This document shows positions 42,009-51,799 of a DNA stretch of 64,000 nt, piece by piece. The stretch comes from an uncultured Planctomycetia bacterium. GTDB taxonomy: Bacteria; Omnitrophota; Gorgyraeia; VGKH01; JBHPFN01. Location of the stretch: positions 38,641 through 102,640 of the forward strand of contig CAYOSQ010000003.1 of NCBI GenBank assembly GCA_964406665.1, written 5' to 3'. Made by a program: the position numbers and the translations under genes. Below the pieces are notes generated by a model that saw only the letters and a program-made list of their open reading frames with translations, was not told the origin of the DNA and searched no databases. The stretch's first letter is position 1. Each line of letters starts with the position of its first letter.

Positions 42009-42353
42009 ATGAAAAGAATTGAAGAAATCGAAAAAGAAATGATGAAAAAAGAAGTCCCTGAGTTTAAAGCGGGTGATACCATTAAGGTTATGGTAAAAGT
42101 ACCCGAGGCGGATAAGGTACGCATCCATCCTTTCGAAGGTTTGGTTATAAAGAAGAAAGGAAGGGGCACTAGTACCACCTTTACCTTAAGAAAGACATCC
42201 TTTGGTGAGGGAGTTGAGAGGGTATTTCCGCTTTTTTCACCGATAATTGAGAGTATTCAGCTTATTCGTAAAGGTAAGGTTAGAAGAGCCAAGATTTATT
42301 ACGTTAGAAGGAAAATAGGAAAAGGCGCTAAAATAGATTCTGTACGCGTTTGA
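42009..42353 (+). CDS. rplS: 50S ribosomal protein L19
   Basis: [33 protein letters not shown]. Confidence 0.97.
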   Translation: MKRIEEIEKEMMKKEVPEFKAGDTIKVMVKVPEADKVRIHPFEGLVIKKKGRGTSTTFTLRKTSFGEGVERVFPLFSPIIESIQLIRKGKVRRAKIYYVRRKIGKGAKIDSVRV

Positions 42354-43003
42354 TGTTTTATTACGAGAACCGGTTTAAAAAACAAGGGATTAATTATATT
42401 GTTGGTGTCGATGAAGCAGGTTGTGGTCCTTTAGCTGGACCGGTTGTTGCCGCAGCAGTTTTTCTTAAAAAGTATAAGTTTCAAAACAGAATAGATGATT
42501 CAAAAAAACTCACCGCGCTATCGCGTGAACGTGCCTTCGAAGAAATTTTAGATAACTCCATTGTCGGCATAGGAATAATTAGCGAAAATGGAGTAGATTC
42601 ATTAAATATATTGAAGGCATCACATATGGCAATGGAGAGAGCAATTAATATTTTGTTTTCAAAATTGAACAAACTACACAACAAAAATAACAAATTTCAT
42701 TTCAATAAAACATTTGTATTAATTGACGGAAGAGATGTATCTTTTCAGCTACCTTGTAGGCACAAATCAATTGTGGATGGTGATGCTAAAAGTATAAGCA
42801 TTGCCAGTGCCTCTATTATTGCTAAGGTAATCAGAGACAGAATTATGAATATTTACGACAGAGTTTTCCCAGATTATGGTTTTGCCTGTCATAAGGGTTA
42901 TGGAACCAAAAAGCATAAAGAAGCAATTAATCGTCATGGTCCGACTTCAATACACAGAAAGACATTTAGCCCTGTAAGATGTCAAGAAAGCATATCGAGC
43001 TAG
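42350..43003 (+). CDS. rnhB: Ribonuclease HII
   Basis: [43 protein letters not shown]. Confidence 0.96.
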   Translation: MMFYYENRFKKQGINYIVGVDEAGCGPLAGPVVAAAVFLKKYKFQNRIDDSKKLTALSRERAFEEILDNSIVGIGIISENGVDSLNILKASHMAMERAINILFSKLNKLHNKNNKFHFNKTFVLIDGRDVSFQLPCRHKSIVDGDAKSISIASASIIAKVIRDRIMNIYDRVFPDYGFACHKGYGTKKHKEAINRHGPTSIHRKTFSPVRCQESISS

Positions 43004-43362
43004 GAGAATCCGGAGAACAGTTAGCAGTAGAATTTTTGTCTAGCAAAGGCTATAAAATTCTTGAGCGAAATTTTAAATCCAAGTTAGGCGAAATCGATAT
43101 AGTTGCAAAAGATAAAAAAACGATTTGTTTTATAGAAGTCAAAACAAGATCAAATTTAGAAAAAGGCTTGCCGCAAGAATCTATCACTATGCGCAAGCAA
43201 CATCAAATCTCTAAGACTGCATTAAGTTATTTAAAATTTAAAGGTTTAATAAATTCAAAGGCAAGGTTTGACGTCGTGAGTATAATTAAGTCTGGCGAGG
43301 CTGCACCTAGTATTGATTTAATAAAGAATGCCTTTGAGCAAGATAACCGGTATAGTTATTAG
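42979..43362 (+). CDS. YraN (UPF0102) family putative endonuclease
   Basis: GE..A..FL..KGY.ILERN, GEIDIVA, FIEVKTR, RFDVV. Confidence 0.92.
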   Translation: MSRKHIELGESGEQLAVEFLSSKGYKILERNFKSKLGEIDIVAKDKKTICFIEVKTRSNLEKGLPQESITMRKQHQISKTALSYLKFKGLINSKARFDVVSIIKSGEAAPSIDLIKNAFEQDNRYSY

Positions 43363-43371
43363 GAGGAAAAC

Positions 43372-45063
43372 ATGCTTACTGATTTAGAGATAGCCCAAAA
43401 AGCAAATATGGTTCCCATAAAGAAGATTGCAGGTAAGGTTGGTATAAAAGAAAATGAATTAGAGTTTTACGGAAATTATAAAGCAAAGGTTTCTCTGGAT
43501 ATTTTAGAGAGGATCAAAAACCGTCCACAGGGAAAATATATTTTAGTTACCGCAATCACACCAACACCATTAGGCGAAGGGAAGACAGTAACTACCATAG
43601 GTTTATCTATGGCGTTAAATAGGCTAAAGAAAACAATTACTTGTATTAGACAACCTTCTTTGGGTCCGGTATTTGGAATAAAAGGAGGTGCGGCCGGCGG
43701 TGGATATTCTCAGGTAGTCCCTATGGAGGATTTTAATTTACATTTTACCGGTGACGTCCATGCAGTTGGTTTGGCCCATAATCTTTGTGCAGCGTTTTTG
43801 GATAATCATATTTATAAAGGAAATAAACTTAACATCGATACTGATTCAATTAGTTGGAAAAGAGTAGTTGATATCTCGGACAGATATTTACGTAACGTAA
43901 AGATAGGTCTAGGGGGAGATAAAGACGGGATTCCTAGAGATTCTGGATTCGATATAACAGTTGCATCTGAAGTAATGGCTATTTTAGCCTTAGCTGATAA
44001 TTTAGGTAATCTGCGCAAAAGAATCTCTAAAATAGTGTTAGCTCAGACTAAAGACGGTAAGCCAGTAACAACAGAAGATATAAAAGTTGCAGGTGCTATG
44101 ACAGCTTTAATGAAAGATGCTGTTAAGCCAACATTTATTCAGACCGTAGAAAACACCCCTGTTTTAGTGCACGCTGGGCCATTTGCCAATATCGCTCACG
44201 GTAATAGCTCGATAATAGCTGACAATATTGCTTTAAGGTTAGCTGATTGCGTTGTAACCGAGGCAGGATTTGGCGCAGATTGTGGTGCTGAGAAGTTCTT
44301 TAATTTAAAATGTCGTATAAGCGGCCTTAAGCCAAATGCAGTTGTTGTAGTTAGTTCTATTCGAGCTTTGAAGATGCACAGCGGAAGGTTTAAGGTTGTA
44401 GCTGGTAAACCATTAGAAGAAGGTTTGCTTAAAGAGGATCTTTCTGCATTAGAAGAAGGCTTCTGCAATCTGGCGAAACATATTGAAAATATGAAACACT
44501 TCGGAGTTCCTGTCGTAGTTGCGGTAAATAAATTTACTACAGATACACAAAATGAAATTGATCTTATTATCAAGAAATCCCGAGAAGCTGGAGCTGAAGA
44601 CTGTGTTTTAAGTGACGTCTGGGCAAATGGTTCTACCGGTGGTTTAGATTTAGCAAAAGCGGTTTTAAAAGCTGCTGAGAAAAAGAGCGATTTTAAATTC
44701 TTATATCCATTGGATATTCCCATAAAAGATAAAATTAAAACTATTGCAACTAAAATTTATGGGGCTAAGGATGTAGAATATTCAGAGGTTGCCAATAAGC
44801 AGATAGATGATTTTACCCGTTTAGGTTTTGATAAAATTCCTATATGTATGGCAAAAACACATCTTTCACTTTCACATGACCCTAAGTTAAAGGGAAGACC
44901 ACAGGGCTTTACTTTACCGGTTCGTGAAGTTAGGTTATCTGCGGGAGCAGGATTTCTCTATCCGCTTTGTGGAACTATGCGTACAATGCCAGGATTGCCA
45001 TCTCGACCTGCAGGTGAAGATGTGGATATTGATGAAAACGGTGTAGTGAAGGGATTATTTTAA
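43372..45063 (+). CDS. fhs: Formate-tetrahydrofolate ligase
   Basis: TPTPLGEGKT, GIKGGAAGGGY, HAGPFANIAHG, TEAGFG, CMAKT, TMPGLP. Confidence 0.98.
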   Translation: MLTDLEIAQKANMVPIKKIAGKVGIKENELEFYGNYKAKVSLDILERIKNRPQGKYILVTAITPTPLGEGKTVTTIGLSMALNRLKKTITCIRQPSLGPVFGIKGGAAGGGYSQVVPMEDFNLHFTGDVHAVGLAHNLCAAFLDNHIYKGNKLNIDTDSISWKRVVDISDRYLRNVKIGLGGDKDGIPRDSGFDITVASEVMAILALADNLGNLRKRISKIVLAQTKDGKPVTTEDIKVAGAMTALMKDAVKPTFIQTVENTPVLVHAGPFANIAHGNSSIIADNIALRLADCVVTEAGFGADCGAEKFFNLKCRISGLKPNAVVVVSSIRALKMHSGRFKVVAGKPLEEGLLKEDLSALEEGFCNLAKHIENMKHFGVPVVVAVNKFTTDTQNEIDLIIKKSREAGAEDCVLSDVWANGSTGGLDLAKAVLKAAEKKSDFKFLYPLDIPIKDKIKTIATKIYGAKDVEYSEVANKQIDDFTRLGFDKIPICMAKTHLSLSHDPKLKGRPQGFTLPVREVRLSAGAGFLYPLCGTMRTMPGLPSRPAGEDVDIDENGVVKGLF

Positions 45064-45065
45064 TT

Positions 45066-45608
45066 ATGTACAAAAATAAAAGTATAAAGAGATATCTGGA
45101 TGATTTGGCAGCAAAAAAGCCAGCTCCGGGTGGAGGTTCGGTATCTGCTTTGGTTGCTGCAACCGGGGTTGCTTTGCTTTCTATGGTAGGTAATTTTACA
45201 GTCGGAAAAGAAAAATACAAAGGATATGAAAAAGAGATAAAAAAAATCTTAAAACTTACTGAAAAAATATTAAAGAATTTGCTTGAATTAGTTGATTTGG
45301 ATGTTGTATCATATAAAAAAGTTGCTATAAATAAGAAAAAATCTCACATCTTATATCAAAAATCTTTAAAGCAAGCAACTAATGTTCCGTTAAAAATAAC
45401 TCAATTAAGTTTACAAGCTTTGAAACTCTGTCCAATTTTAGAAAAAAAAGGAAATAAATATTTAGTTAGCGATGTTCACGTAGCTGATGCGTTGCTTCAC
45501 TCAGCCATTAAGTCTGCTGTGATAAATGTCAGAATCAATCTTCCGTATATCAAAGATAAGAAATTTGTATCAGGTATTTCTCGTCAACTGAAATCTTGGA
45601 GGGTATAA
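45066..45608 (+). CDS. fchA: Formimino-THF cyclodeaminase / methenyl-THF cyclohydrolase
   Basis: PAPGGGSVSA, SMV, GN..LVSD, NVRINL; lies between fhs and folD. Confidence 0.88.
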   Translation: MYKNKSIKRYLDDLAAKKPAPGGGSVSALVAATGVALLSMVGNFTVGKEKYKGYEKEIKKILKLTEKILKNLLELVDLDVVSYKKVAINKKKSHILYQKSLKQATNVPLKITQLSLQALKLCPILEKKGNKYLVSDVHVADALLHSAIKSAVINVRINLPYIKDKKFVSGISRQLKSWRV

Positions 45609-46457
45609 ATGTCAGCAAATCTTCTAGAGGGTAAACCCCTAGCAGCAACAATTAAAGAAAATTTAAAGAAAGAAATTGAAAGTTTGAAAAAGGCGCCGGT
45701 TTTAACTTGTGTATTTGCAGGAGAAGATTGTGGTGCTGAGTGCTATTGTAAATCACAGAAGAAGACTGCTGATAATTTAGGTATAGATTATAGATTAGAA
45801 AGATTGTCCGCAGATATATCTGAGCAAGATTTAATCGAATTTATAAAGAAGCTTAATAATGACGTAAGTGTAAACGGCATTATAGTACAAATGCCTTTGC
45901 CAAAACAAATTGACTATAAGGCAATTAGTTCTTTTATAGCTCCTGAAAAAGATACCGAGGGTATGCATCCTGAGAATTTAGGTAAAGTCTTAATGGGTAA
46001 ATCAAAGATAGCCCCTTGTACAGCGTCAGCTGCAATGGCGTTAATTGAGTCAACAGATGTTAATTTAAGAGGAAAAGAGGTCGTAGTTGTTGGACATAGT
46101 GAGATAGTAGGGAAGCCTTTAAGTTTGCTTCTTCTGGAGAAATTCGCCACAACTACAGTATGTCATATAGGAACTTCTGAGGCAGGAAAACTTATTGAGC
46201 ACGTTGGTAAAGCCGAGATTTTGGTTGTTGCCGTTGGTGTTCCCGGATTAATAAAAGGTGAATGGATAAAAGAAGGTGCAGTTGTAATCGATGTTGGCAT
46301 CAACCGTGTTGAGGGTAAGATTGTCGGTGATGTTGAGTTTGAACAAGCAGAAAAAAGAGCGTCTCAAATAACTCCGGTTCCCGGTGGCGTAGGTCCACTT
46401 ACGGTAACTATGCTTATGCGTAATTTAGTTGAGGCTACAAAACTACAAAGCAAATGA
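45609..46457 (+). CDS. folD: Methylene-THF dehydrogenase/cyclohydrolase
   Basis: GIIVQMPLP, PCT, GHSEIVGKP, DVGINR, TPVPGGVGPLT. Confidence 0.96.
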   Translation: MSANLLEGKPLAATIKENLKKEIESLKKAPVLTCVFAGEDCGAECYCKSQKKTADNLGIDYRLERLSADISEQDLIEFIKKLNNDVSVNGIIVQMPLPKQIDYKAISSFIAPEKDTEGMHPENLGKVLMGKSKIAPCTASAAMALIESTDVNLRGKEVVVVGHSEIVGKPLSLLLLEKFATTTVCHIGTSEAGKLIEHVGKAEILVVAVGVPGLIKGEWIKEGAVVIDVGINRVEGKIVGDVEFEQAEKRASQITPVPGGVGPLTVTMLMRNLVEATKLQSK

Positions 46458-47323
46458 CATTTAAAGAAAAAATACAATCAGGAAAATTTTTGCTAACTTC
46501 TGAAGTTGGCCCACCGAAAGGTATCGAATCTCAAGAATTGCTTGAAGACGCTGAGTTGATAAGAGACCGTGTTGATGCAATCAATGTAACAGACCTGCAG
46601 TCTTCAGTAATGCGCTTGGGATCTTTAGCAGTTTGTAAAATGCTTATCGATAAAGGATTTGAACCGATATTTCAGATGACTTGCCGCGATAGAAACCGTC
46701 TGGCACTTCAATCAGACCTTTTATCTGCAGCAGCATTTAAAATCGAGAATGTCTTAGCTCTTACCGGCGACCATCCTTCTTTAGGGGATCATCCTGATGC
46801 AAAATCTGTTTTTGATTTAGAAAGCGTTCAGTTACTGCAGACAATCAAAACATTAGAATCAGGCAAAGATATGGCGGGGAATGAATTAAAGGGTGAATTC
46901 CCCAAATTCTGTAAAGGTGCTGTTGTTAACCCTGGCGCAGATCCTTTAGATCCCCAGATTATGAAGATGGAGAAAAAGATAGAAGCTGGCGCAGAATTTT
47001 TCCAGACTCAGGCCGTATACGATATAAAGCAATTCGAAACTTTTATCAGCAAAGTAAAACATCTTAAGGTCCCGATAATGGCTGGTATTGTACTTTTGAA
47101 ATCAGCTGGTATGGCAAAATTTATGAATAAGAATGTTGCTGGCGTAGATGTCCCGGAAAATTTAATAAAAGAAATGCAGGAAACGCAAGATAAATCAGCC
47201 ACTTCGATTGAGATAGCAGCACGGTTAATTAAAGAACTTAAACCCATGTGCCAAGGAATCCACGTTATGCCTATTGGTTGGGATAAAAAGGTTCCTTTGG
47301 TTTTAGACGCCGCAGGACTTTAA
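46454..47323 (+). CDS. metF: Methylenetetrahydrofolate reductase (anaerobe/acetogen type)
   Basis: EVGPPKG, INVTD, QMTCRDRNRLALQSDL, LTGDHP, KIEAGAEFFQTQ. Confidence 0.93.
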   Translation: MTFKEKIQSGKFLLTSEVGPPKGIESQELLEDAELIRDRVDAINVTDLQSSVMRLGSLAVCKMLIDKGFEPIFQMTCRDRNRLALQSDLLSAAAFKIENVLALTGDHPSLGDHPDAKSVFDLESVQLLQTIKTLESGKDMAGNELKGEFPKFCKGAVVNPGADPLDPQIMKMEKKIEAGAEFFQTQAVYDIKQFETFISKVKHLKVPIMAGIVLLKSAGMAKFMNKNVAGVDVPENLIKEMQETQDKSATSIEIAARLIKELKPMCQGIHVMPIGWDKKVPLVLDAAGL

Positions 47324-48075
47324 TGAAGATTGCAGTTACTGGAAAAGGTGGTTCTGGAAAAACAACAACAGCTGCAGGATTAGCACTTACAATTAAAGAA
47401 AAAGGTAGAGAAGTAATTGCTCTTGACTGCGATCCGGATATGAATTTAGGCTTAAGCCTTAATTTTTCGGATCACGATAAAATTACCCCGATCTCTGAAA
47501 TGAAACAGCTTATTGCCCAGCGCAGTGAAGTTGAATCACTAGATAAGCCTACAACTTTTTTCAAACTTAACCCGAAAGTAGATGATATTCCTGAAAAGTT
47601 CTCTAAGGAAAGTGACGGAATAAAACTTTTAGTTATGGGTAAAGTTAATAAAGCAGGTGGTGGATGCATGTGTCCGGAGAATTCATTTATCAAAAGCCTG
47701 CTTAATCATCTTATCATCAACGAAAGTCAGTTTGTTATTATGGATATGGTGGCAGGCACAGAACATTTAGGCCGGGCAACAGCAAAGGCTGTAGATGCAT
47801 TTATTGTTGTGGCGGAACCAACCCAGATGGGCGTTGCGACAGCAAAAAGAATAAAAAAGCTATCAACTGAGCTGGGAATAAAAAGAGTTCTTTATATCGG
47901 TAATAAAATTAGCTCGGGTAAAGATACGGAATTCTTGAAAAAAGAATTGGGAAAAGATTTCTTAGGATTTTTATCATATAGTAAGACTTTAGAAGAATCT
48001 CGCGGTAGATTTCAATTTGACGATAAAAGTAAAGCAGAATTTGAATCAATTTATGAAACTTTAGCTAATATATAA
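47323..48075 (+). CDS. cooC: CODH/ACS nickel-insertion ATPase (CooC/AcsF)
   Basis: MKIAVTGKGGSGKTT, D.DPD.NL, FKLNPKVDDIP, GCMCPEN, EHLGRAT. Confidence 0.92.
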   Translation: MKIAVTGKGGSGKTTTAAGLALTIKEKGREVIALDCDPDMNLGLSLNFSDHDKITPISEMKQLIAQRSEVESLDKPTTFFKLNPKVDDIPEKFSKESDGIKLLVMGKVNKAGGGCMCPENSFIKSLLNHLIINESQFVIMDMVAGTEHLGRATAKAVDAFIVVAEPTQMGVATAKRIKKLSTELGIKRVLYIGNKISSGKDTEFLKKELGKDFLGFLSYSKTLEESRGRFQFDDKSKAEFESIYETLANI

Positions 48076-48086
48076 GGAGATATGTA

Positions 48087-50024
48087 ATGAGTGAAGAAAA
48101 CAAAAAAAGATTTCAAGGTGATGAAGCTACTCAAAAGATGCGTCTGCGCGCAGAAGACATCGGTGTTGAAACTATCTGGGATCGTGAAGCAAAACAAGAT
48201 CCTCATTGTGGTTTCGGCACTTTAGGTTTATGCTGTAAGAACTGTAATCTAGGACCTTGTCGCATTGATCCTTTTGGTGAAGGCGCAGACAAGGGTGTTT
48301 GTGGTGCAACAGCAGACACTATTGCAGCACGGAATTTAGTTCGTCATATTGCAGCAGGAGCAGCCTGTCATAGTGATCATGGTCGGGAGTTAGTCCATAC
48401 ATTAAATTTGATCGCCACGAAAAAAACTCCTTATTATAGCATTAAATCTTCTGAGAAATTAAAAAGTTTGGCTCAAGAATACAAAGTTGAAATCAATGGA
48501 AAAGAAAATAATCAAATAGCTCTTGAATTATCAGAGAAGATGTTTCAAGAGTATGGTCAGCAGCATGGTGAACTTACATTGATGAAGCGTGCACCGGAGA
48601 AAACAAGACAACTTTGGAAGAAACATGGTCTTATGCCACGTGGTATAGATAGAGAAGCAACAGAGTCGTTATCGAGAACACATGTTGGTGTAGATAATGA
48701 TTATAAGAACCTTATGTTGCTTGGTATACGAACTTCATTGAGTGATGGGTGGGGAGGTTCGATGATTGCTACCGAATTATCAGATGTTGTCTTGGGTAAG
48801 CCAGAACCTATTAAAGCAACAGCAAACTTTGGTGTATTAAAGGATGATGAAGTTAATCTTATCGTTCATGGTCATGTTCCTATACTTTCAGAGATGATTT
48901 GCGTTGCTGCTTCAGATAAAGAGTTAATTGAAAATGCAAAAGAAAAAGGAGCAAAAGGAATAAATATCGCAGGTATCTGTTGTACGGCGAATGAAGTCTT
49001 GATGCGTCGCGGTATTCCTGTGGCAGGAGATTTTTTACAACAGGAGTTAGCTATTATAACTGGTGCGGTTGAACTTATGCTTGTTGATCTTCAGTGTATA
49101 ATGCCATCTTTAGTAGAGACGGCAAGTTGTGCGCATACTAAAGTTGTTTCTACTTCACCAAAGGCGCGATTTCCTGGAATGGAACATGTTGAATTTAGTG
49201 AAGAAGAAGCTATGCCATTGGCAAAGAAGATTGTTAAAATGGCTATCGATAATTATCCTAATCGTGACAATTCAAAGGTATGTATTCCGAAAGATGTTTC
49301 AAAAGACCTGGTACCGGGATTTACCACGGAATATGTTTTTGATATGCTGGGGGGAAAATATCGCTCTACATATAAACCTCTTAATGAGGCTATTGCCCAT
49401 GGAAGAATCCGAGGGGTTGTAGGGGTTGTTGGGTGTGATAACCCTAAGATGCAAAGTGGTGAAACGCATACTAAATTGGTTAAAGAATTAATTAAGAATG
49501 ATATTTTGGTAGTTCAGACAGGTTGTTCTGCGCTTGCCTGTGCCAAGGCAGGATTCTTAGCGCCTGAGGCAGCAAGTGAGCATGCAGGAAAAGGTTTGGC
49601 AGAAGTGTGCGAAGCGGTTGGCATGCCTCCTGTTTTGCATTTAGGTTCATGTGTGGATAATTCTAGAATTTTGACAGCATGTTGTGAAATGGTTAATGAG
49701 GGCGGTATCGGAAATGCTCTGCATGAATTACCTATTGCAGGTTGTGCACCCGAATGGATGAGCGAGAAAGCTATTGCCATTGGTTGGTATTTTGTTTCTT
49801 CAGGTGCATTGGTTGTTTTAGGTGAGCCGCTTCCTGTATATGGAAGTCCGAATCTAACAAAATATGTAACAGAGGATGTTGAGAAGATTACCGGAGGAAA
49901 GTGGGCTTTTGACACTGATCCTATAAAGATGGCTCAGATAATGATAGATCATATTAATAAAAAACGTGAGGCTCTTAAGTTATCACCGATGATATATTCA
50001 GAGTCTGCTACAGTAATTAAATAA
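48087..50024 (+). CDS. cooS: Anaerobic Ni,Fe carbon monoxide dehydrogenase catalytic subunit
   Basis: CGFG..GLCCKNCNLGPCR (D/B clusters), HSDHG; C-cluster ligands HGH, GICCT, QCIMP, GCDN, TGCS, GSCVDN; MSEKA. Confidence 0.97.
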   Translation: MSEENKKRFQGDEATQKMRLRAEDIGVETIWDREAKQDPHCGFGTLGLCCKNCNLGPCRIDPFGEGADKGVCGATADTIAARNLVRHIAAGAACHSDHGRELVHTLNLIATKKTPYYSIKSSEKLKSLAQEYKVEINGKENNQIALELSEKMFQEYGQQHGELTLMKRAPEKTRQLWKKHGLMPRGIDREATESLSRTHVGVDNDYKNLMLLGIRTSLSDGWGGSMIATELSDVVLGKPEPIKATANFGVLKDDEVNLIVHGHVPILSEMICVAASDKELIENAKEKGAKGINIAGICCTANEVLMRRGIPVAGDFLQQELAIITGAVELMLVDLQCIMPSLVETASCAHTKVVSTSPKARFPGMEHVEFSEEEAMPLAKKIVKMAIDNYPNRDNSKVCIPKDVSKDLVPGFTTEYVFDMLGGKYRSTYKPLNEAIAHGRIRGVVGVVGCDNPKMQSGETHTKLVKELIKNDILVVQTGCSALACAKAGFLAPEAASEHAGKGLAEVCEAVGMPPVLHLGSCVDNSRILTACCEMVNEGGIGNALHELPIAGCAPEWMSEKAIAIGWYFVSSGALVVLGEPLPVYGSPNLTKYVTEDVEKITGGKWAFDTDPIKMAQIMIDHINKKREALKLSPMIYSESATVIK

Positions 50025-50025
50025 A

Positions 50026-50484
50026 ATGAAAAAATTATATTTTGATGTTAAAAAATGTGTGGCTTGCAGGACATGCGAGTTATCTTGTTCTGTTAGTCAT
50101 TCTGCAGCCAGAGAGTTATTCAAAGCTTTGAAGGAGAAGGATATTTCTTTACCTCGAATTAAAGTATCCGGTGCAAAGAGTAATAATTTTCCTGTTTCTT
50201 GCAGGCATTGTGATGATCCTAAGTGTGTCGATGCTTGTATGTCTGCTGCCCTTGTTAAAGATGCTGAAACCGGCAAAGTTATTTATGATAAAGATAAATG
50301 TGTTGGTTGTTGGATGTGCGTTATGGTTTGCCCTTACGGTGCGATAAGACCGGATAAAAATATTAAGGTACCGCTGCGTTGTGATTATTGCACTGATATC
50401 GGAGAACCGCAGTGTGTTAAGAATTGTCCCACGAAAGCAATAACATCTAAAGAAGAAAAAGACGTAGAGAAAGCTAAAACCTAG
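50026..50484 (+). CDS. cooF: CooF-like 4x[4Fe-4S] ferredoxin subunit
   Basis: CVACRTCELSC, CRHCDDPKCVDAC, CVGCWMCVMVCP, CDYC..PQCVKNCP. Confidence 0.88.
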   Translation: MKKLYFDVKKCVACRTCELSCSVSHSAARELFKALKEKDISLPRIKVSGAKSNNFPVSCRHCDDPKCVDACMSAALVKDAETGKVIYDKDKCVGCWMCVMVCPYGAIRPDKNIKVPLRCDYCTDIGEPQCVKNCPTKAITSKEEKDVEKAKT

Positions 50485-50494
50485 GTAAGGAATT

Positions 50495-51799
50495 ATGAAA
50501 AATATAACAATTATAGGAATTTCTGCTGCAGGAGTTGCCGCTATCGAGGCAATAAGAAAAAAAGATAAGCAAAGCAAGATTACGGTTATTTCTGACGAGG
50601 AAGTTCCTGCATACTGTCGTTGCGTGATTTCTGATTATTTGGCAAGAAAAGTCGGCGAAGAAAAACTAGCTTATCGTGGTAAGGATTTTTTCACTACTAA
50701 TAAAGTAGATCTTAAACTCAACACTAAAGTCATTAAAGTAGATCCTAAGAAAAAAAGAGTCGTTGCGGAAATACCAAAAGAAGTGGATGAGGATAGTAAG
50801 AAAAAATCTTCTAATGTAGAAAAGATCCAGTTTGATTACGATGTATTGCTTTTAGCTAACGGTGCAAGCCCAAAGTTTCCGGATACAAAGGGAATCAAGA
50901 AAAAAGGCGTCTTAGGATTTCGTACGATAAAAGATGCCAGAACAATGATAGAATCTTCAGCTATTGCTGATACAGCTTGTGTTTTAGGCGGTGGGTTGAT
51001 TGGTTTAAAAGCTGCATCCGGCTTAAGCAAAAGAGGAATGGATGTAAAAGTTATTATCCGTTCGCCGCATGTTTTATCTCAAGTTTTAGACAGCCAAGCT
51101 GCAGAGTTTTTCCAGAAGAGAATATCTAATAATAGAATAGAAATAATAACCGGTGCCAGTGTTAGTGAAATTGTGGGCAACGGTGATGTTAAGGCAGTAC
51201 GTCTTGATTCAGGAAAGGTAGTTGCTTGTCAGATGGTAGTTGTTGCAAAAGGCGTTGAACCTAATATAAAGATTTTAAAAGATATTGATATAAAGATAGA
51301 TGAAGGTGTTTGTGTCGATGAAACAATGAAAACCAGCATTGATAATATTTATGCTGCCGGAGATGTTTGCCAGGCCTATGATATCGCATTGGATAAGCCT
51401 TGGGTAAATGCTTTGTGGCCGAATGCAGTTGAGCAAGGTAAGATCGCAGGTTCAAATATTGCAGGTGAGAATATTGCATATGAAGGCGGAATTGGTATGA
51501 ACTCGGTTGAATTTTTCGGACTTCCTATGGTTTCTATGGGTGTTTATAAAGAAAATGATAATCATGAAGTTATGACTAAGATTCGTCCCGAGAAAGAAGA
51601 ATATAAAAAATTAGTAATTGAAGAAAATCGTTTGGTTGGGGCGATACTTGTTGGCGAAATTGCCCAAGCCGGCGTATTCTTAAGATTAATTAGAGAAAAA
51701 ACAGATATCAGTAGTATTAAGGATAAGTTGATGCATGAAAATTTTGGTTACCCGAATATCAAAGAACTGGTTAAGGAGGAAGATAAAATCTATGTCTAG
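50495..51799 (+). CDS. FAD-dependent NAD(P) oxidoreductase (rubredoxin reductase/NirB N-terminal-like, FNOR)
   Basis: IIGISAAG, LANGA, VLGGGLIG, TSIDNIYAAGDV; follows cooS-cooF. Confidence 0.88.
   Translation: MKNITIIGISAAGVAAIEAIRKKDKQSKITVISDEEVPAYCRCVISDYLARKVGEEKLAYRGKDFFTTNKVDLKLNTKVIKVDPKKKRVVAEIPKEVDEDSKKKSSNVEKIQFDYDVLLLANGASPKFPDTKGIKKKGVLGFRTIKDARTMIESSAIADTACVLGGGLIGLKAASGLSKRGMDVKVIIRSPHVLSQVLDSQAAEFFQKRISNNRIEIITGASVSEIVGNGDVKAVRLDSGKVVACQMVVVAKGVEPNIKILKDIDIKIDEGVCVDETMKTSIDNIYAAGDVCQAYDIALDKPWVNALWPNAVEQGKIAGSNIAGENIAYEGGIGMNSVEFFGLPMVSMGVYKENDNHEVMTKIRPEKEEYKKLVIEENRLVGAILVGEIAQAGVFLRLIREKTDISSIKDKLMHENFGYPNIKELVKEEDKIYV

Noticed and set aside
51735-51791. N-terminal extension of AcsB given by the ORF track
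   Set aside because: It overlaps FNOR; the RBS and typical MS(R/K) start support ATG 51792
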